DNA of 64,000 nt, taken from positions 64,001 through 128,000 of IMG/VR virus record IMGVR_UViG_3300022689_000474. One strand, written 5' to 3'. Below the pieces are notes generated by a model. It was not told the DNA's origin. It did not search any database and worked only from the letters and a program-made list of their open reading frames with translations. The stretch comes from a virus. Within the stretch, counting starts at the first letter, position 1; every line of letters begins with the position of its first letter. This document shows, in pieces, positions 60,001-64,000 of the stretch. Both the position numbers and the translations under genes were made by a program.

Positions 60001-61459
60001 TATATTTTCATCTTTCTCACGATTAAGTAGTGCTAGTAGAAGTAATATGACTAGAGCTCAAAAGAAATTAATTGCATCTGAAGTAGGTACTACAATTAAT
60101 AACTTTACTCAAGGTATGGCATTTATGGTTGCTATGAATACTATAAATATGGGTATTCAAGCTAGTGCTTCTGCTATAGGTTGGAAAGCTCTAGCTCCCA
60201 TTTTATTAATAGCAGGTGTTATAGCAGTAGTAGGTGGAGTCACTTATATGAAAGATCAGGAGAATAGGGAGAGTTGGAGTGGATTCTGGAAAGGGGTAAG
60301 TGAATTCTGGGGAGATACTATCTTCAATTATACAGAGAAGGCTGAGAAATGGGGAGGAGGTGGTAGAAAGACAGATGCAATACTTATGGGAACAGGTGGT
60401 GCTTTAGGAGGTTTAGCTTTATCTGCATCTGCATTAAGTATGGCTCCAGGTACATTAATGGGTGTATTTGGAGGAGTATCATTATTAGCTGCTGGTCAAT
60501 TTTTATTAGCAGGTTTAGCTATAGGTGCTGGTTTAGGAGTAGCAGCAGCATTAATAGCTCCAGAAGCTACATCAAATCTATTTGATAATTTAGTAAATAG
60601 TTTATCAGATATAACTATAGGAGGATTTCCTATATTTGGAATGTTTTTAACGAAACCAGGTAGTGGTTTATATATGAAAGGATACTCAGAACCTTCTTTA
60701 GGTGTAAGTAGAACCACTCCATTTATGGTAGGAGGTGTAGAACAAGTTATAGCGGCAGATTATAGAAGATATCTACTAGCTGCCAAAGATATAACGGGTG
60801 GAGATGCAGCAGGTCTATTCTTAAGTACTACTATATATGGATCATTACCAACAAGAGGTAATGATGTAGTATCAAGATACGGAAAAACAATGAGTATAAG
60901 ACCTGGAGGTGTAGTAGATCCAGTAATAAGGAGAGAAATACAATTAAGAGGTCAACACTTTAATCAAAGTGTTATAGGAAGACAAATGTGGGTGGCAATG
61001 TTAAGTAATGCTACTAATTATAGAGCTATCAAACAGGCTGATTATAGAGATTCTATAAGGTCAGCTACTTTAAGTATGGAGGCAATGAAAGAAGATAATT
61101 CTCCAGAAGTAGAAAGTAAGAACTTAAAATATAAAAACAAATTAAGAAAGAGGAATCCAGAAATTAGAGGTGAAATTATAGGTCAATATGTAGATGATGT
61201 AGGTAAAGCTATAGATAGAGCGGAGAAACAAAAAGAAGAACCACTATTATTAAGTTTTGATAAAGAGTCATTAAATAATACGAATGTATTATCAAAGGAC
61301 TATATAGTAAATGGATTGGATAGAAAGAGTACAAATAGTAATATTCCAGTAGTCAGTTCTACAACTCAAGGACATATAGTAAGTAAAGTACCTAATCCAG
61401 AAGGGAGTTTAAACGATACAATATTAGTAAGTCCTTATAGTGAATATGATAATGTCTGA
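45005..61459 (+). CDS. Giant (5484 aa) cysteine-free multi-enzyme, multi-TM protein; probable injected/ejection or tape-measure-like polyvalent protein
   Basis: Two HExxH zincins, an SGNH hydrolase, two HxK PLD motifs, Pro-rich linkers and many Gly/Ala-rich hydrophobic helices. No Cys found on reading the translation. Confidence 0.75.
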   Translation: MYFSNISNKNQLFSRSTLFNSSMTSELNKKFSFDIYNNKSNYIPSDYINNLSTDIDPINSLINESSLQSRLSGNTNQYSIPPSRKLLNTSFSLPLENRAPYLGGISSSLYNSLTQSNLGNIDTSNITLTPSNYSYVKSNVDSIDTSNIGFNNSSKYSFIKSDTSSIDTSGISFNTPSKPHSSSINEAIRSNISGSSIVIPSSTYLDPVSRNQAYRDTLKPQSGYIDSTTKGFNQHFRDLMKPKYVALREESIREYVDTIKPQSGYMEDVSKDIHLRYKDNSKRGISSINNKDFLEYLPSEDINFRSANNLEGVKEYNQLNFKSKTKTSVSSLAKKVELTQAGLDNYQRVIQLVFDFENRSTEGVRLPQLASMREKRYEMLGAGALYDPRKNVVAVDDSIIGQLNRGKLTKESFGTLAHELAHSYQNHFGNTWKKQRAFENRVYSADIDEVKPGNLIQDKYTKRVVKRSLESIALTKQNMPEGLTKERRESAIRRSTANELDAYSLEDRITRSVDVDRIFDPDYKLTKVGYRTEDTIRKVRATREFNKKLLTGTIGTTAVVGLGAIAYSLFRNREESKSEESNNDKLVLGSIVGSSFLLGSIRQTTFGPYKTSEHLGESSIAQRNLKKATKKVFDYLGVDFDLSQTPTIAAFGPDIPKGLGGAYVAKYNELVLNQEIYGELVSGKISRNSFSLLAHELVHAYQANVGGNIQKKLLSDEEVNLLPKKILDMAKKSAAVQPYESKEYWESFRKEVEAYDVQFQILAKKKKYISPKYRQTRINPVSTSIDQPTSPKPPFQPSLPPTKPKPQLLLPPAKSISPRSVNQSILPPGLTVPSPISPYPSPPGKSKPQLLLPPAKPISPRSISQSILPPGLTIPSPISPSPSPSPKSKPQLLLPPAKVISPRPVSQSLLPPGLTVPSPISPPPSPSSSRLGSQLLLPPAKAISPRPVSQSIIPPGLTISSPISPEISSSPSPPFSPRLNNQPLLPPGKSLEEVNMIKGIGLKNIIQGQNLRSLRNTSLGAIGIGIGLAIGINQFIYSSNREISSREFKEIDDSLDRRMRSVRINREQERMEIEAEERVNKMIENSITEEDKRFIEEHSNQLKERLQSLNSARVSQDNTVNSTSSSSNELPSILPERTIFGSISPPLVLSNEIDLLNEPLDSRTQTKVASGSQQYVQRQEALARGELYTDEGASISIGKWTREPMTNRSNEEWKSLLKKESDFVRSLNRDDQINVLLGDSLTQWFRPYQLPQKEDTTWLNQGISGQNIQQIDQRIDILKSMKGDKVFIMAGINDLRQGRSDKEILERYSSMLDNVKKSDVADEVVVQSILPTRLDNLPTNRIKSLNSQIKAMAEKRGMTYIDLLPHFLNEEGRLKKEYTTDGIHLSRKGYDTWSKLMSQHLNGKGEEQDINILGNQEKLERNTNQAGESIIPPSSSVARQAAKNNKDKEQTLSSSAGGGGSKPPGTPRTSTPPPPEEPDPRKKAGLYTNMDDQEKKSWVDRLKSAVGFMRDEKVEDVIKVVGVTAGITAGMLGTIKGVEVLFSNVNRIFSSLRSSIALSTSSSSSPGQSVTSPQPTSSTRTPGQPAVPSQSSSPTTPVSQSTPSTRTPGQPTVPSQPTSPTTPRAPGQPAVPSQSSSPTTTASQSTPSTRTPGQLVIPSQPSSPTRAPGQPVSPPQPRGPAPSSSVGSNLPNRSISSGPPSSPLSSTPSVRTRGKGGMGFMLGAGLVSLGVMGVIGGIAGYMVFSPSEDRTSGERRDDFYSSPEVEQSRKEREIRERQLIEQEKRITGRPDRSIDRDTSLLLRNSRENRDGSSVRRQLSYREYMALQTGRSEEHSLQPEISRPSSLSLDEHLAIQNQGQIRRRVSRDIDQSRGIRASDLSFEEFLEIQSERPEIERRRERINRGDSRSRTLSLGEYLSMGEERRVSIGSDDNRSRARYLAIMESSESSIDDRYRRANRLIINRPDRELTTPLLPQGSHEPRPEKHIDMSYDEEYLGIWEFGSKTRGLLSQIQKGTLYGGFYQRPSSPYGNIYIDLASREVPTIMPPTSGTGYLYENRKRYMEKLRESGVPVVQVGDFHAKAFIGTNIKDEEIAIVLTGNLTRSALESGVPDEAIMTNESIKDRFLRTFFNQRPKFYQSNIGLVVKDSEKIGQLKEILFNIQTKGVSYSTEDFIVGGAMGNSRERIVDFILQKSKTGDDISITSPYIDDPEIVRALVQAKQQSGVTIRLITSKEGSGIRAYSQAISTLQASGIEVYAPKGTQSYLPHEKMILIGNDYIVGSHNFTSKASDRQIEISLMGNDPRIASLMQADFIRQIEEGYVSLKEGSGARRSMMLGTSPLLSGLYAGSDKAGTLLLDPNMGASYFYGRALYNNQQRQARAHHRVIDQETSGVATAMYKAAYLAKLNEGELIPQHSDLDRIPGIVQQYDRELYTPGIGAILNEKVFMRLGLGRLYKDELGFLPSAMGALGSVLDKTYLYLNPNANFPGITHYFKEMDIKDSSYRDRPAPVGLFEAGLSELAFLGQASAQGILFYMIVGEPISMFLSETIKNDVERVISNSLSTDLNQFYSTSSRLHRRANLSMASAFKSPLSARMEVLSTMDNLRKIDAEYFGAENPGLSIYHFSSMYLRGRSGILLNEVMKPFLMEIVNPYDPMDVQSNRGFSNVIDRFIEEVSRPVGLAAISPSDPHLDSIKITRTDVQRGLYKQGFSRNQVQSMKIDEIIGYKYAREQFVNKARDFLDTSTFRSSLISNRVNSFKTFIDRFGNYQDFNTKQLANLFSQLEIIENSVDPTDVDVIEDIHMIRRRLMQIGAQIEDPAKRLSRNRKADISLTKEGRLIGDIDFEITNEGIDRSSSIARRLQDILDEIPLNPLNWRMFNKYRAIRGITGQDLESEGYLRITTTGQQDTGRVIPRVRTVGELFSFTDLTQVMREILFGRGGFSQHLARAEVFSDRERLIRLNRVSQVSNFEDLTFKDASSIWFDRKIGYAGKMAVDKIHTVWNATIGFAYESSKRVIDKYRYLQGSLLAPFGIGREKGLLRGSKALKDMEYYLMNMEDETTGLKAISWGDDLDEIKEAIKSLEQEAIEEFRSLSNTERLTKYGSLNESEYIDRYVSENIQRATSSIDPTARRLNWLDENVVKSLAEAEEVRSRFMNNPERPFDFVEIQERLRAETLGLFRMGTVKDEALKNRMVRMSPGIGRDVTGKMTKGTLTTTALSISVLSSLILSDLFQSTSGVSLFTQLGFSLFSGGGPIGRLMGNEQGELGINTHFEGDRLFPDIPGLGRVGTTLLTTAGTLYAAHVIGTSALRAEAINYSFTTDFMFQQLKSETGTDIVLSAARGSNEADISLRQKVLSGEIKKGRELSDFIDNNPTRTISMRMKYKDTFEASLSLMKKGDMLNIRSMRFRGNTWLNTMIAYAGLSIGGKALVSSTSSLLNHMRESQGSLDPLAFGVAGALIGSKMTRSFGGGLAGLLIGGLGSYVMNKMGVKVFNLGDPGSVVDNQGATLLGELSDFRNSVMANFDKSSRIELMAALVSQGIESPYGLFKQEASGTDVKVVAKQVTSPIIQFFMAKRTKGQYTDYSGKVVDPGITTYSLGIQGPPITGMSVGIQLPFKILKDRPENNSSGYMNRGSRNFNLVYNDETDILDYLYGVGMIATSAQMLSYSLRTIGAIGSPLTPSAGSTLGQYRETADNLFTESGKRIGKFGTAVEDVGMILPNTIHRVAQYIFSSDYDVYNQIELRMKRRYEMSKGIEGGDLTSVRSFNRSRMLIRYTSKAAFGAFVLNFGAGLVQDDDKFQENSLVLNMSGVGLGVAAGVGQDYLAGVSRAMRVSNAGRALRMTRLRKNLLPYALSGLVGFHLTDDRFGVFTGMSNEYVKQQKHDEYYSYHREAVIGTYAVAMGTLGATFGRMGMDSGQVLEEYSRALNSLNELEDIQQANTAGGGVLRRVRRAYQAHRVEELEKEAQQIVDYFRHRSKQIEETFDLVSSAYPNVAPETLREFHINKARQIIEDTGSMSARDIMNRQDEATALIQHVNRSRGAYIDARLSSRRFSGRLMKGMIGVPIATHIIGSLLHSINPEVFNANKFYDWLESRGTNFDANAPFMKTRNVIADAIRAITFTDRSIDSGISLDQTFRSAAASGGFYQPVSHEKLLIRQTGYARSMTKLFRDLSEIAILDDVNPFISGPLGAGASIRRGDRGTVLTPYIQIQTSGSDISTASYSMSSRFFFRNVLQGNNDLVFEIQNAMRMKNEFMKKGLDPSVVMRRTALNILMATSSLQPRKKPRRASRLSDSQLSSLASDTLLMASLKERMAIQKHSNYQPVESIVTQMLIEQMMPTHKYLDNMLMNVLSPENAKKLGIGVGKNLAAYMMGDPYYLLSRKINMMGIKFFGDQPGGVRGRDISSQARDFPDLFGEYSSKHLETYTMENSKRSPFLESLSDNSSRIFGALPAPVSLMLGLTLGLSITSRLIDFANVIKGGHEISEGQKMLREISSERWFTNAPESDKLRNVWVSMNYPQIGSSEPLVAGAKTLPILSKGSFHFLLNPASHDSYKVSQSLRTGLSEVQKQLDEARLNFRGQSVNIFEYLQINKIKELEAILGGVPNQSHIQAMTVYDNSGNRVYGIDTNKAWMDNLNDARDLLMTSSKGMEPETARRMKAVISAMETEIKSRHITNLSDTILDQVTEHFTKEIDHYIDQYVDSLMNNKVQISRNDYRSMLEKANISDIENRLDKYFPSAPGGGPIKSTVDVPVAAFFIPNASPEEILGVKTEQDLYKLIEARGEATGQLDAISTTDSSGVRVADMRTKLKSAAANSIREEVARELKLFSNDPKKLSRLSSGLTGSIKHIASSVTNKIFLNALGGRTGEVEKSFFSVLRHHWGGLGVTPSADTKRSLINNLRSFMSRMTKGSAPYIAEDEIEVAKFHSSVSVERAKRKALSSVELPEEMAELEARKAAGDPTALDIARKTEEINLRKAPLLTKASRGLQSFWDVATSIFDIIEAIDIFSSFSRLSSASRSNMTRAQKKLIASEVGTTINNFTQGMAFMVAMNTINMGIQASASAIGWKALAPILLIAGVIAVVGGVTYMKDQENRESWSGFWKGVSEFWGDTIFNYTEKAEKWGGGGRKTDAILMGTGGALGGLALSASALSMAPGTLMGVFGGVSLLAAGQFLLAGLAIGAGLGVAAALIAPEATSNLFDNLVNSLSDITIGGFPIFGMFLTKPGSGLYMKGYSEPSLGVSRTTPFMVGGVEQVIAADYRRYLLAAKDITGGDAAGLFLSTTIYGSLPTRGNDVVSRYGKTMSIRPGGVVDPVIRREIQLRGQHFNQSVIGRQMWVAMLSNATNYRAIKQADYRDSIRSATLSMEAMKEDNSPEVESKNLKYKNKLRKRNPEIRGEIIGQYVDDVGKAIDRAEKQKEEPLLLSFDKESLNNTNVLSKDYIVNGLDRKSTNSNIPVVSSTTQGHIVSKVPNPEGSLNDTILVSPYSEYDNV
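46040..47300 (+). other. Tandem zincin metalloprotease domains within the giant protein
   Basis: TLAHELAHSYQ (His at 46256) with downstream NELDAY, and LLAHELVHAYQ (His at 47087) with downstream KEVEAY. The flanking sequences align with each other. Confidence 0.85.
47411..47970 (+). repeat. Four ~126-bp (42-aa) Pro-rich repeats, KPQLLLPPAK.ISPR.V.QS.LPPGLT.PSPISP
   Basis: Units start at 47411, 47537, 47663 and 47792, plus a partial fifth. Confidence 0.93.
48509..49207 (+). other. SGNH/GDSL hydrolase domain within the giant protein
   Basis: Block I GDSLT (48716), block II NQGISG, block III GIND and block V DGIH (49145). All catalytic residues are present. Confidence 0.93.
49697..50040 (+). 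repeat. Ser/Thr/Pro repeats, about six R(T/A)PGQP.VPSQ.SSPTT units
   Basis: Recurrent ACTCCAGGTCAACCA / GCTCCAGGTCAACCA cores. Confidence 0.9.
51000..51960 (+). other. Phospholipase D-superfamily domain pair within the giant protein
   Basis: FHAKAFIG...TGNLT (His at 51236); ITSPYIDD...GVTIRLI; HEKMILIG...GSHNFT...E (His at 51800). Confidence 0.85.
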
Positions 61460-61994
61460 TATTAAATATTTTGGTGGAATAGATATAGGAAAAGAAGGTG
61501 CTATATCAATAGTATCTTATTCTGATAAAAAGATAATACCAGCATTCTTTATAGAAATGCCTGAAAGTAATAAAGAATTATTAAAGAAATTAAGATATAT
61601 AAAAAGTAAATTCCCGTTAGATGAGATATGTATAGAAAAACAAGTATATATGTCAAGAGGAAATTATTCCAGACAAAGTGGAAAGGGTGCCTTTACATTA
61701 GGTCATAGTCAGGGATTAATAGAAGGAATATTAATGACTTTAGATATTAATTATTCAGTAATAGCCCCCAGAACATGGCAATCTATTATAAAAGATATAA
61801 AAGTAAGTAATAATGTAAATGAATTATGTAAATCTTCCAAGAAGATATCTTCTAAGATATCAAAACAAAAGAGTTTATCTTTATGTGAAGAGATATTCCC
61901 TAAAGTTCCTTTAGTAACTAAAAGGGGTAGGATATTAGATGGTATAGCGGATAGTCTTTGTATTAGTTATTGGAAATATAAAACAATGTTATAA
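61440..61994 (+). CDS. ruvC: RuvC-like Holliday junction resolvase (likely start ATG 61452)
   Basis: GIDIGKEGA, ICIEKQ, AFTLGHSQG, PRTWQ and DGIADSLCI. Confidence 0.85.
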   Translation: MNMIMSDIKYFGGIDIGKEGAISIVSYSDKKIIPAFFIEMPESNKELLKKLRYIKSKFPLDEICIEKQVYMSRGNYSRQSGKGAFTLGHSQGLIEGILMTLDINYSVIAPRTWQSIIKDIKVSNNVNELCKSSKKISSKISKQKSLSLCEEIFPKVPLVTKRGRILDGIADSLCISYWKYKTML

Positions 61995-62013
61995 TATAGT
62001 ATAAACAGTTTTT

Positions 62014-62028
62014 TATATAAATATCAAT
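62014..62028 (+). promoter_or_regulatory. TATATAAATATCAAT element
   Basis: Identical to 22754-22768; immediately before the ATG at 62031. Confidence 0.35.
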
Positions 62029-62030
62029 CA

Positions 62031-63149
62031 ATGAAGAATTATAAAGAATATAAAGTAGAGGAATTTCAATCTGAAGAAGTAGAAAACTATCAATACTATA
62101 GTGTAAGTAGATTAAAGACTTATAAGACGTGTCCAAATTATTATAATAATAAATATATTAATAAATATCCTGACTATCCTTTCACTGCCAGTACTTTATA
62201 TGGATCAATAGCTCATAGTATATTAGAGACTTATTATTTCAATAAATATAATAAGGTTGAAATATTAGAACCTATAGAAGATCTTTTATTAGATGCTTTA
62301 ATGTCTACTTTAAAAGATATGGGAAAATTAGAAGATGAAATGGAAATAGTAATAAGAAGATCTTTATCTTCAATAGCTTCCAAGATGGAAGTTTTATATT
62401 ATAAAGCGTCTGAAGATTATATAGGTAAAGATTCTATACGTAAAAAAGATGGTACTGTTTCTTCTAATCCTAAACTTACTACAGCTTGGAAGAATCAATT
62501 AAATAAGTTGGGTGTAAATGAAGATATAGAAGCTATAAATGTATATTTTAGATCTTTATCTGATCCTAGAGATACATTAAATTTATGGGATCAGATATCT
62601 ATTGTAGAGATATATAATGATTTATATTCAATATTTAAATTATATAAAGACCCTTTTTTAAATTATGAGATAGAAGGTATAGAAGTACCACTAAGTAAAT
62701 TAGAAGGGGATAAAATAATAAATCCGGTATTAATGCCTCCTAAATATGGAGGGAATAATAATATTTATTTAATGGGATATATAGATCTAATAGTAAATAA
62801 AGAGGATAAATTAATATTAATAGATCATAAAACTGGATCACAACCATTTTCTAGAGAAGATGTAGAATTTAATTCTCAATTGATAGTATATGCATGGTGC
62901 ATAGAACGATTAACAGGTAAAGAAGTTTCTCATATAGGAATAAATAATATAGGTAATAATAATGTATTAGTACCTTTACCTTCAAAGGATATAAGGAAGA
63001 AGATATTATCTACACTATTTTCATCCCATTTGGGAATAGAAGCGAAATACTTCCCAAAATATATACCGGAACCATATAGTCCTTGTCTTAAGATGTACGG
63101 TAAAACTTGTCCTTATCTCTCAGTATGTTGGCCAGAGAGAAATATATAA
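62031..63149 (+). CDS. PD-(D/E)XK exonuclease, Cas4/AddB-like, with a probable Fe-S staple
   Basis: SVSRLKTYKTCP, GSIAH, GYIDL, IDHKTG and QLIVYA. One N-terminal Cys plus three C-terminal Cys (C..C..C). Confidence 0.88.
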   Translation: MKNYKEYKVEEFQSEEVENYQYYSVSRLKTYKTCPNYYNNKYINKYPDYPFTASTLYGSIAHSILETYYFNKYNKVEILEPIEDLLLDALMSTLKDMGKLEDEMEIVIRRSLSSIASKMEVLYYKASEDYIGKDSIRKKDGTVSSNPKLTTAWKNQLNKLGVNEDIEAINVYFRSLSDPRDTLNLWDQISIVEIYNDLYSIFKLYKDPFLNYEIEGIEVPLSKLEGDKIINPVLMPPKYGGNNNIYLMGYIDLIVNKEDKLILIDHKTGSQPFSREDVEFNSQLIVYAWCIERLTGKEVSHIGINNIGNNNVLVPLPSKDIRKKILSTLFSSHLGIEAKYFPKYIPEPYSPCLKMYGKTCPYLSVCWPERNI

Positions 63150-63176
63150 AAAGTAGTTTAAAGAATTAAATAAGAT

Positions 63177-63710
63177 ATGTATTCATTGAGTAAAGAAGAG
63201 AAATCTCATGTATTCAAGTATTTCCAAGAAAGTTATTCTTCTAAAGAAGATCTAGTTATATATAATTCTAAAGATAAATTCAAACTTTTATATAATCCCT
63301 CATTAGTATTTAAGATATATCCTGCTATAAGAAAAATAGTAAATTTAATAGATAGAAAAGGTAGAGTAAGAAAAAGAGATTTTGATGATGTTATAGATAT
63401 ATTAAGAGAATTTATAAATTATTATGATGGAGTCAAAAATGTTAAAGAGATATATACTTATGAACAGGTTAAAGATGCTCTTAGTAAGATAAGAATAACT
63501 GATCCAGCATTATATAAAGTTTTATGGTACTCATGGTTCACTGATAGATCTATAGTTGATATAAGTTGTAGTTTATATATGGACTCTTCTACATTTAAAA
63601 GAAAATGTGATAAAGCTATTTGTTTAGTATTAGCTTATTTAAGAGATCCTGAAATAATGTCTAAAGAAGATATAAAACCAATCGATATAATAAATCCTAG
63701 TTATACTTGA
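63177..63710 (+). CDS. Putative transcription regulator, sigma70-region-4 / ArpU-like HTH
   Basis: C-terminal ALSKI...YKVLWYSWFTDRSIVDISCSLYMDSSTFKRKCDKAI. Confidence 0.6.
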   Translation: MYSLSKEEKSHVFKYFQESYSSKEDLVIYNSKDKFKLLYNPSLVFKIYPAIRKIVNLIDRKGRVRKRDFDDVIDILREFINYYDGVKNVKEIYTYEQVKDALSKIRITDPALYKVLWYSWFTDRSIVDISCSLYMDSSTFKRKCDKAICLVLAYLRDPEIMSKEDIKPIDIINPSYT

Positions 63711-63713
63711 TAA

Positions 63714-64000
63714 ATGAATACTGAAATTACATCATTTTCCTCATTACCATCCGCTTTTAAAAGTTTCAAGAAAAGATTTCAGTTGGCATTGAAGGAAAGT
63801 TTATTAGAAGATATAGCTCCTTGGGATACTTTATATTCTGAATTAGATACCTTAATCACTATATTAGATGATCCTGATATTTCTAAACCTTTAGATAGAT
63901 TTACTTCTATATCTAACTCTAAATCAATTATAGATAGATTAGGTTTAGGTAAACATGTTTTAGGACTTATAGAAAGTGGTATCTCTTATGAAGAGACAGC
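63714..64000 (+). CDS. Hypothetical protein, 3'-truncated
   Basis: ATG at 63714 (MNTEITSFSSLP...), open to the window end. Confidence 0.65.
   Translation, partial: MNTEITSFSSLPSAFKSFKKRFQLALKESLLEDIAPWDTLYSELDTLITILDDPDISKPLDRFTSISNSKSIIDRLGLGKHVLGLIESGISYEET

Noticed and set aside
2362-60717. Short antisense or alternate-frame ORFs in the track (e.g. 2362-2580, 8335-8580, 17670-18149, 31249-31581, 40825-41088, 49709-49966, 51085-51393)
   Set aside because: Fully nested in long genes with clear motifs; their composition mirrors the sense codons or repeats.
45005-61459. Giant protein as a virion RNA polymerase (N4- or crAss-like)
   Set aside because: Size and lack of Cys fit, but I found no DxDGD or other polymerase catalytic motif.
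62031-63149. Cas4 as part of a phage CRISPR-Cas system
   Set aside because: No cas1/cas2, effector genes or array in the window.
1-64000. Stop-codon reassignment
   Set aside because: Genes are long and tightly packed under code 11, and TAA, TAG and TGA all end genes at sensible junctions.

Overview
A very AT-rich, densely coding segment of a large tailed-phage genome, probably a jumbo myovirus, using standard code 11. All genes are on the + strand except an inverted two-gene cassette. From left to right it contains: (1) a contractile-tail baseplate module of a putative spike with a long extension, a gp25-like wedge, baseplate J, a gpI-like wedge fused to a glycosidase-like barrel, an inserted degenerate flavin monooxygenase, a gp8-like wedge and two DUF4815-type paralogs; (2) two paralogous repeat-rich tail fibres; (3) a 2610-aa protein joining a tail-tube-initiator-like fold to a transmembrane hairpin and a cysteine-free repetitive tail; (4) a terminase large subunit with two related inteins; (5) an inverted RNase HII plus glycosylase-like pair; (6) a 5484-aa cysteine-free, multi-transmembrane protein with two HExxH metalloprotease domains, an SGNH/GDSL hydrolase and a two-motif PLD domain; (7) RuvC-like, Cas4-like and ArpU/sigma-r4-like genes. 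The best candidate for a new system is an enzyme-armed virion: the giant, probably injected, multi-enzyme membrane protein together with cargo-extended spike and tube proteins. The GDSL domain looks cyanobacterial, which hints at the host. All family calls come from motif recognition by eye; no searches were run. No rRNA, tRNA or CRISPR array was seen.
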